Source of the DNA: Octopus vulgaris
Taxonomy: Eukaryota
NCBI GenBank assembly: GCA_951406725.2
Contig: OX597818.1
Coordinates: 145,080,001-145,144,000, forward strand
Direction of reading: 5' to 3'
DNA: 64,000 nt
Shown here: positions 54,874-64,000 of the stretch, one piece after another
How the letters are laid out: the number at the start of each line of letters is the position of its first letter
Position numbering within the stretch: the stretch's first letter is position 1
Program-made: the position numbers and the translations under genes
Notes under the pieces: generated by a model
The model's database searches: none
Told to the model about the DNA's origin: nothing
Seen by the model: the letters and a program-made list of their open reading frames with translations, nothing else

Positions 54874-55446
54874 TAATAGTTATCGCCAAGCTAACATGGC
54901 AGTCCAGAAAAATAGGACGAATGCTGCCGTTGATTAGCTCCAAGAGGCCATCACCTCTTGTTAGCTATGTGACACACGAACCTGTGTCCATTATAACCTT
55001 TGAACAGGGGAGGTCAGCCGCTTCCCCTTGCCGATCTGGCATCTACAGACTAGTTTCTATGTATTTGCCCCTTATCAATGTAGAACAGCCGAACCAGGCA
55101 GGTGTCGCTACTGACCATCTGTTTGAAGGATTATTTACCTAAATTGTTTGAAAACCAGTGGATGTATTCCACTGAATTTAGGTAAATAATCCTTCGAACA
55201 GACGGTCAGTAGCGACACCTGCCTGGTTCGGCTGTTCTACATTGATAAGGGGCAAATACACAGAAACTAGTCTGTAGATGCCAGATCGGCAAGGGGAAGC
55301 GGCTGACCTCCCCTGTTCAAAGGTTATAATGGACACAGGTTCGTGTGTCACATAGCTAGCTAGAGGCGATGGCCTCTTGGAGCTAATCAACGGCAGCATT
55401 CGTCCTATTTTTCTGGACTGCCATGTTAGCTTGGCGATGACTATTA
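54874..55446. repeat. Fold-back element: 272-bp arms (54874-55145 and 55175-55446), 29-bp spacer, between (TA)n tracts
   Basis: About 7 mismatches between arms. The ORF track shows the same peptide on both strands. Confidence 0.96.
55236..55278 (+). ncRNA. Type I hammerhead-like motif with U3/A8 core variant (mirror copy on - strand at about 55042-55084)
   Basis: TCTACA TTGATAA GGGG caaata CACA GAAA CTAG TC TGTAGA: 6-bp stem I, palindromic ACTAGT, GUC site. Stem II is poorly paired. Confidence 0.65.
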
Positions 55447-55492
55447 TATCCAGTACCGATGCCGTAGTCTCCTTTAGATAGGCTTAGAAATA

Positions 55493-55533
<41 letters not shown>

Positions 55534-56090
55534 ACATACATACGCACATGTGAGTATGTGTGTGTGTCTGTGTGTGTGCGTGAGATATAGTGTAGTGAAT
55601 AGTCTGCTTCTTTAACAATGCGGTATACATGAGTTAGCTCTTCTGTTTGCTAGCTCAATACGCATGCTCATGTTTTTACGGTGTGACATAGGTAGATAAG
55701 CCATGAGGTATATCAAAATGAATAAAACAAGTTTGTTTAAAAGTGAAATCGAAGAAGCAAAGCAAGAGTCAGCTTCCTTCGCTCTGCCTTTCATCAGATA
55801 CTCTGTCAGTCTATGACATGCTTGTCATGCTTATTTCTTCTCACTCTCCCAGAATTCAACGCTGTTGTTGGTATTGCTGTTTGGTCCAGACTGAGATTTC
55901 CGGCCGTGACTATCCTGTCTCTTTCTACTCGAAGTACTTACTGTGTCTTTCTTTTCCCCTTTCACACTGTAGGATGTTATTTGATGGACATGTGGTTACT
56001 ATTTCTAACGGAAATACGTTGGTTAGTAGGTTGGGTCTTTGTATTTAATTCTCATAGGATTTAGTGTATCGTATATGTAGCTATCTGTGA

Positions 56091-56136
<46 letters not shown>

Positions 56137-56989
56137 TTACTCACACACATACACATACATTTGTATGCATATGCAGATATGCAAACATATAGAAGCATAT
56201 CCTAGCTATTTGTCTATCTCGTCGATTTACTATATACACAAACCCACACATATACACACATACACACGCTCCCACGCGCACACGCAAACGCACTCACGTC
56301 CAGTTTTTGTTGTATATCAAGTGAGTATGGCTCTACAGTCAGTTGTCCGCGCTACACAATATATTATAGTAGGTATGTTATCGTGTATACTATTTATTCT
56401 GCCTTCTCTCTCCTTGTTCCAGTCATGCGGTGAAGCTGCAGCCTCTATGAATATAGAAATTCCTAGACAGTGAACAGGTGTGGTTACATTATGTCAGGTA
56501 TATCTTTTTGCAGTTTGTTTCTATAGCGGAGTTATAATCCTGGGTCACGTATAAAGCAAAGTTGGACGCCTGCCATCTGGAGTATTGCCAGAGGTTTACA
56601 ATGCGGCAGGTGGAATGTCTACCTTGCATTCTAATGGAAATTAGTGACTGACATGAGTGACAATGAACTGAGGTATATTCCGACCGTTTGAGAAGTGCAT
56701 ACCGGAGGACTTTAGGGTCCGGGGATTATGGGCAGCTTGGTCTTGTTCTTTTTTCAAATGGAGGAAGCATTACAGATGCGGTGTGAATACTAAACCAGTA
56801 TTTCTTGACTTGGAGCGCTACAATTAATTTCAGGGATACTGGGAGTATACCTAAAACAAATTCAAAATAAAATTCATTTGTCTTTGAATAAAAACTGAGA
56901 AAGATTTTAGACAGAAAGCGGCCGATACAATGTACTATTAGATTAACTGGTCTAACAAAAATGGCTTGAATACACTGCACTAAAGGCAC

Positions 56990-57260
56990 GGCTATGTCTT
57001 GGTCTATCCGAAATGCATACATAACGACGTAACAGTTTCTATAATCTTGTACAGTGTTCGAACATGGCTGCCTCGAGTATTTACATATCCAACTATCGTG
57101 GCGTATACGACAGATTTGGCTTTCGGCTAAGTTTATTGTCAACATCGTTTCATCACATTAGGAGGTTTTCGTATGGTGACTATGGAGAAAAGACATATCA
57201 AAGTTATGAAGTGTATGATGAACAGATTGAGTACACGAAACACTGTGCTTCTTTCTCCGG
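56990..57260 (-). pseudogene. Possible Helitron/PIF1 helicase C-terminal remnant
   Basis: MLTINLAESQ resembles AMTINKAQGQ. Weak. Confidence 0.25.
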
Positions 57261-57389
57261 CAAGTCATCATCAACTTCTTCCATTACTACATGAAGGGGA
57301 AGGCGAGAGCAGTGTAGAAGTGCTGCTCTCCCGTACATTTTATGAACAATTTAGTGTGCCTCAATGGGTCTACGCCAAATCAGCGTTTA

Positions 57390-59995
57390 TCGGCTAGATG
57401 CCAACATTTGATGCATATGAATTCTTAGAAAAAGCCGCCACAACCGCCTCCGCTGCATTGGGGATTTCTTTTGTGATTGCTGCGAGAAATTTGGAAGATT
57501 TCCGCATAAATGAAGATTTGAAAATTGCCAGAAAAATCATTAAAAGGAATGGTAGAAGAGTAGCCATAAACCCTTCACCCAACGTGACTAAGAATATACT
57601 GCACAGTCACATAGCGCTGCATCGGTTTTAAAACACGCCGGGTGGAAAATGCTTCTAAAAGCCAAATCCAAAATGCCTTAGGCGCGTGTGGAAACAGAAG
57701 ACCCACGTCACCTGAGGAAAGAAGTTTGGGACTATTGACATTAGATTTGGGGCTGAAGAAGAAACCAGGTGTCATTCCGCGGCGACTTTGAGGAATGTAA
57801 ACTTCTTCTCAATCCTCAGCTATTGCAGCCAACGCCTTGCTAAGGTTACAGTGTTGAATGTGCCGTCAGAAATATCAATCACATAGTTAGTGGTGGCCGA
57901 CTTGGCAGGTATAGAAGAAGGCAATGTGACAATCTTGGAGGTGAAGAAAATACCTAAACGAAACTGGTCAGGTATAGGTATGGACCTAACCTTACAGTGT
58001 AAGCAAGCTTATATCGACCAGCTGCCCGATCTAATCTATCTCCCGGATGGTACTCACCCATCAGTGTTAGTCGAGAGTAGAAAGCCAAGATGCCACACAT
58101 GTGGATCTGTGACTTACTTAAAGGCTTTCTGCCCTGACACAAGAAAAACTATACTTCCACTGCTGCAAACACTACAAACACCACAAACGCAAAATCATGA
58201 AGAACTGCTCAAGACTCCTACACCCACACCCACACCCACACTCAAACCAAGACAAAGAAGTCTACCCTCGGTTGCCACGGGAAAGCAAGCTTTTCTGAAA
58301 GCTCTGCCTTCCAAACCAACATCAACAGCAATGACATGGAGAAAGAAGAGCTGACCGAACAATGGATCACTGTGACAAAAGGGGGTAAGCGAAAGAGGAG
58401 GAGAGTACATAGCCCTACTCCAAGAACTCCGTAAAAAGATACACAAAAACCACAACTGCAACCCAATTGACAGCCATTCCAACAAAAACAAAAAAAAAAC
58501 AAGAACAACTTCAAAAACAGCAACATCATCAACAGCAGCATGAAATCACAGAAACACAGAAACAACCAATTATGGTACTTCAAAAACAAGAATATTCTTC
58601 AGTGAAATGTATCCATCAATTTCACTGTCGTGAACAACTGCAACAATGAATTGATGGATTTTGTAAATCAAAACAAAAACAAAATAGAGACAGAGGGAAA
58701 GATATCTGAGAATTTCATCTTCAAAAAACTCCGAAGGATAGGTTATTGATTAAAACGTCGTCAGAGGTTTATAAAACAATCCACATGTAGTGTGGGAATT
58801 AAAAAAAATCAGTTGATAAAAGGCTTTTGGAAGGGCCTTTTAAAAACTTTTTGCCAGTAGAGAGGCCTGGAACTTCTTTTCTTTCTCCGATTAGCATGAC
58901 TGTGCTGAGAGTAGAGTGTGTGAATTTGCGTGGCCTGGGATCAGCTTGGAAGCAAGGTCGCTTGTCCGACGATGCCAGGTGGCTTGATTTAGATGTGGCT
59001 GGCATTAGTGAAACAAGGATCTCTGTCTAGCATCTATTGCCGAGGACTACGAGATATTCTCATCTTGAGGCGGTTTATGCTCCAACAGGGGCAGAAAGGC
59101 CAGATTTCTTCATGTGTCTAGAAAATTCTTGGGAACGTTTTTCACTTTATTTTGGACGCACGAAGGATTGTGTGGGTTTAGTAAGTAGCAGAAGCGGGTT
59201 TAGAAGCTTCGAAAACCTGCTCAGGACTTTACAGCTTTCTGATAGGTATCGATTGGATTTTCCTGATGTGCCAGTGTGGACGTGGGTTATCCAGATCGTA
59301 TTTAGATAGATTATTTGTTTGGTTAGAGGATAGGGATTGCAGAAGCTGTCCACAATTTAAATTAATCTGCTACACAGATCACAAATTTGTTATATGTGGA
59401 ATCGATTTAAATAGGAACTGTAGACAGGAACCTGGTCAATGGAAGTTGAGTGCGTTCTAACCGGCACGCACAAGCTACAGAGATCGGATTAGCGAACTAG
59501 TTAAGCGGCAGTTGACGGGGACAATCATCAACAACTAGTGGTAGAGGCCCTGAAGAGAGCAATTAGGGTAGAATCGATTGCGTTTTGCAAAGATTTAGCA
59601 ATAGAAAGAAATAGATTGGAGGGAGAACTAGTTAGTAAACTAGAAGAGGCTATTAGTAAAGGCATCGCGGCCTATTACTACTGGACGGCCTATTGCGGTT
59701 GTCGGTAACGGACATGAGATTCTGTGATAAGCCGATTATGGCCCCTGAAATGCGGAAGGCGGTAAACGATGATTGCACAAGCCGCAAACCGCCCTGTTTG
59801 GATGCTTTGCCCTATGAATTCTATGCATTCATATCAGAAAAGGTTGGCGCTTGTCGGTAGTCAGGTCGGGTAAGTGCAAAAGTGCGCAATCCCAAACAGG
59901 TCCATCCACGACAACCTCCACTTTATGCGATCCATAGTAGAGAGGGTTGTGACTAAAGCTGGCTCCGGTGGGGCTTTAGAGTCTGGTTGATTTCA
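57390..59995 (+). mobile_element. Decayed L1/Tx1-clade LINE (ORF1 with CCHC knuckle, APE, start of RT)
   Basis: ORF1 VLVESRKPRCHTCGSVTYLKAFCP. ORF2 ECVNLRGL...DVAGISETR, VYAPTG, YLDR, TDHK, PGQWKL, KPPCLDALPYEFY, CAIPNRSIHDNL. Confidence 0.85.
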
Positions 59996-59999
59996 ATTT

Positions 60000-60207
60000 T
60001 TCTGTGACCTTTTCTGGTATGTGCCTATACCATCTTTTTTCTGTTGTTTTCATAGTGTTGACACAGCTTCCAGTGTATATAGACCCCAACTCTGTCGTGT
60101 CTGTGACAATATTCCTCTTTAGCCAGGACTGGGCAATCAGAGACAATATGATTTATTGTTTCTTGTCCATCTCCACATATTCTGCAGCTACTTGTATGTC
60201 TTTTCAT
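60000..60207 (-). pseudogene. R4/Dong zinc-knuckle fragment related to the element at 1-1625
   Basis: CRICGDGQETINHIVSDCPVLAKEEYCHRHDRVGVYIHWKLCQHY. Confidence 0.88.
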
Positions 60208-60248
60208 TGCATCATCATCATCATCTTCTTCTTCTTCTTCTTCTTCTT

Positions 60249-60349
<101 letters not shown>

Positions 60350-61809
60350 AGACAAAATGCCGTGGAAATTTCGAATTTCAACTTTCCACTTAATGAAAAG
60401 GTATTTTTTCCTAGTTTATTATTTTACCAATCGAAGGGTTTGGATTACTTGACTAGTCAACTCTTTTATTTTGCGATGAAAAGAATTAGTTCATCTATGG
60501 ACATCTGATATTTGTAGATATTCGTTTACTAGTTTTTTAACAAGATTTCGTTGGGGGTTGTAGTGTGATTAACAAACCACAATCAAGTTAGTAGTGTTCA
60601 TGCTCTGAAGAAAAGTGCATGGAAATAATAATACGGAATTTAAACACTCATACAAACAAACAAACATAGATTTGCAGCTTAAAAATTATACAGAAAAAAT
60701 GACAAGCCCACGAATGTACATTTTTGTAAACCCAGTCCCTTGCTCTATAACACATAAATAACAAACCAGATCCTTAACAATAGTTTTGCTATTGTTCCGA
60801 GCCAGAAAGACATGTATCAGCTTTAGCAAAGGAAGTAAATTTAGGAGAGATATATCAAAAAATATTTTGTTTCCTTACTCAAGGATTTCATTGAAGAAAG
60901 TGCAAGGGGAGTGAGGGAGGAAAATGACATGAAAAATGGATTTAGGTTCGATATGTCTCCAAATCTGTAGTTAAAAGAAGCTGCGGCCGATCGATGTGGG
61001 TTCCACCAACGGGGTACAATACGTGTGGGAATGTGCCTGGTCCTTAAACTGAAGGCGGAGTGAGAAGAGATGTCGGGGTGATGCACCAGACATTTTCTCG
61101 CAGGCTGTTTCCGCAGTAAATGGGATGGTCAATATAAACACCAATTGGTGTTTATTTTGACCGCTTCATTTGTCGCACCGTTTATGGCGCAGTACTAGCA
61201 GCTGGTGAGCCCAGGGGTAACAAGAAGCAATATGAGGTAGAGTGGGTTCTGTGCGAACACGCAAGTGAAAATGAGCCATGAAGATCACAAAGCTGTTCCA
61301 GAGCTGTATTTCATTGTGAGGACGAGAAGAAAAGCAATTGCACTGATGGCACATTATAGAAATCTCAGTTGTTATACAAGTTGCTGTAAGATCCATTTGT
61401 GTGCGTAGAGGAGATAAGGAAACAAAAAACCTGTAAACTGCAAAAATTACTGTTTCTAGAATACCACTAGTTGCAGCTTCAACAGTAGTAGAAAAAAGGG
61501 TTTCGGCCTTAGTAAAAGGAGACGAGGACTAGAAAACCAAGAACCTCCTCTCGGCAGTATCATCCCATTTTCTTGCGAATATGAGGAGACGATGACTCAC
61601 GAAATAAAATAGTAAATTGTCGGGAAAGTAACATAAAGCAGCCAACTCTTACTTAAATTACAAACTACCATCTTAAAGTGAGAGAGACACAGAGGATTTT
61701 GTGATGTTAGATATACTATGTCTGTCAAAATATAAACTGGTACTCGAGCCGGGACGCTTTTGATCCTGTTTTCTCTAATCGTTTCGAACAAAAACAAGAT
61801 GCAAAGAAA

Positions 61810-62240
61810 TGAAGTTTCTATTTGATGAAATCATTGTGATAAATATATCTCTGAGTAGTTGTGGCGAATGAAAACGATGTGATTCACTGGGATATATAAA
61901 TAACATATATTCAAGGAGAGAAGAGCAAACCGTTCTGGTAAGACTATGAAAGACATGATATGTAGGTCGTGTACGCTTATTGATGTAGCTTGTCCGGCAG
62001 ACAATAACATATCAATAAACGAGGCTAAAACTAAATATATAGACATGGAGATAACAATATCGCTGATGTGGAATACAGACACAACAGTCCTTAAAGTTAT
62101 AAGAGAGTTTGAAGCAGTGAAGCGGAACACAGATCAGAAAATCGAAGAACTGCCGAGTAAAACTCTCCATGTGTGAAGTTCAGAAGCTATCGCTCATAAT
62201 AAGTGTCCATATTCTGTGTAAAATACTATCAATAGAATTA
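61810..62240 (+). pseudogene. R4/Dong RLE C-terminal remnant
   Basis: CTLIDVACPADNNIS..E..TKYIDMEI.I..MW. Confidence 0.75.
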
Positions 62241-62369
62241 CAACAAAACTGCTCTGAGAGCCGCAGAAACATTGTAGTAGAATACGAGTGCAGTGAATAG
62301 GAGTGGATTATATAAAACAAGAGCGATAACAATAAAGAAGATATGGTGTTTCCGAAAAACGATGAGATA

Positions 62370-63150
62370 GTCATAACTGGAACGCCTTCGAATGAGGATA
62401 ATTTGGGTTACAATGACAATAAAATCGCAAAGAATGGATTGTGACAATGAAAGTTACCCTTATTGCTGTGTTGCCAATTCCACGTGACAAAAAAAAAAAG
62501 GACTTCCATGTATTCCCGCCAATCTTGTCTAATCTGTATTTTTTTTTGTAGCATTTGATCATTCTCTTCCTTTTCTGTCTGCATTATTCTCAGCGGTCTT
62601 GGTTCATCTCTTTTTCTGGTACCTCAGGTTATTCATTTTATTACATGAGGGATTTGCCGGATTCAGGCCCATGTCAATTTCTCTCCATTATTTGTTCTTC
62701 TATATATGGTACTTCCGTTGTGTTTTGAACCACTTAATTTCTCTCAAAAGCATGTCATTTTATCTCCAAGACTTTTCGAACTACTTTATTTTCAAAGATT
62801 CTAAACCCATTATCTAAACTTTGATTGTCTTGGCATAACTGCTCTTGACTCATCCTCTTAGACATTTCATTAAATTCAGTTTCTGAAAACCCATTTTTTT
62901 CTATAAATGTTTCATATTTAAGCCTATTCGGTTCTTCTAGTGTATGCTCCTTTAATAATGCGGTTCTATCTGCTTGTTCGGTCTTCATAATTTTAGTTTC
63001 ATTGACGTTTATCTCTCAGCCTACAACTCTGCCTATTTTAGCAAGTTTGTTTGATGTTCCATTCTCAGTAAAACAATGTTGAAATCGATTTGTAATGCGT
63101 GAAGCTATAGATGAGTGCAAAGGAAGTATACCAGAAAGCAGTAAAACATG
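62370..63150 (-). pseudogene. Probable R4/Dong N-terminal region remnant
   Basis: EEPNRL....IEKNGFSETE resembles the EQRL..Q...I.KN.WFS..E segment of these ORFs. Decayed. Confidence 0.4.
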
Positions 63151-64000
63151 CTCGGGGTTAAAGAATGATAAAAAAAAAAAAAGACTGGAAATTAATTTCA
63201 GACGAAGCATAAGAAGTTATTAACGCACGGAAGGCACAAAAATGATGTGTTGAAAGTTTGGGAGAAAATAAGATGGAAATAGGTAAATATTGGAGTTTAA
63301 ACAAGGTGTTTAAGGACAGATAAAAGAAGATACCGAAAGTAATAACTGATGATGCAGATAAATTACATAAAATAGAGAAAGAGGAGAGGAGAAGAAAAGC
63401 TCATAAAATGAATGAGATCAAAGGCAGAGTAAAGAGATTAAAACGAGTACCTACGATTAGTAATGAAGAATAACTAATAACTTCTGATATAAACATCCAA
63501 GAATGACGGGTTAAAGTTATAAAAAAAAAGCATTCAGTGGGAGAAATAGTCTGGTAATTGCTGAGAGGCGAGAGAAGATTGAAGTGGCTGTATATGAAAT
63601 ATCTTTTGAATATTTAGCAAGGACTCTTGAGTAATTAAAAAAGGGAATGGTTTCTCGCTTAGATGAAAATGTAAGGGTATTCATAAAAGTAAATAAACAC
63701 TATAACAAAACCACGAAGACTAGAAGGTCGATGTACTGACTAGGATCCTCAAAGAGAAAGGATCTCAGTGAATATGTTAAATGGAAAGGAGTAACAATGA
63801 GCAGCATGATGTTGGAAGTGTTCAGTTTAGGTTCAGCTGGGGTTAAACACAACAACAATACTCAAAGCTTTTGTGAATTCACTGTGCGCTGCCTATCTCG
63901 AAACTTCCACGTTTTACCAACAACTCTTACCGTCTTCCATAACATCCCCACCACATTCCATCGTCTCCAATATTGTATCACTTCATCCACACTACGTACA

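Noticed and set aside
56400-56503. Exon-like segment with a strong acceptor and GT donor
   Set aside because: Stops in all three frames and no linked exons.

Overview
AT-rich, repeat-saturated animal genomic DNA with no host protein-coding gene that I can support. The SINE, LINE and microsatellite inventory looks like coleoid cephalopod (Octopus-like) intergenic or intronic sequence; that is my recognition, not a database result. The window holds: a young R4/Dong-type RLE non-LTR retrotransposon 3' half plus older R4/Dong remnants; two full-length dead mariner copies; Tc1/mariner, pogo/Tigger, hAT and piggyBac-like remnants; two L1/Tx1 remnants; CR1-group and RTE fragments; many tRNA-derived SINEs; and very long microsatellites that generate most ORF-track entries. 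The main unexplained signal is at least six long inverted-repeat (fold-back) elements of about five unrelated sequence families, mostly next to (TA)n or other SSR tracts. Five carry a recognisable minimal type I hammerhead ribozyme motif (CUGANGA-stem II-GAAA-palindromic stem III-NUH) in their arms, several followed by AATAAA; the sixth has only a partial core. This resembles Penelope-like element pseudo-LTRs. Two families have non-canonical cores (U3-A8 compensatory pair; C4). All folds were done by eye, and boundaries of decayed elements are approximate.
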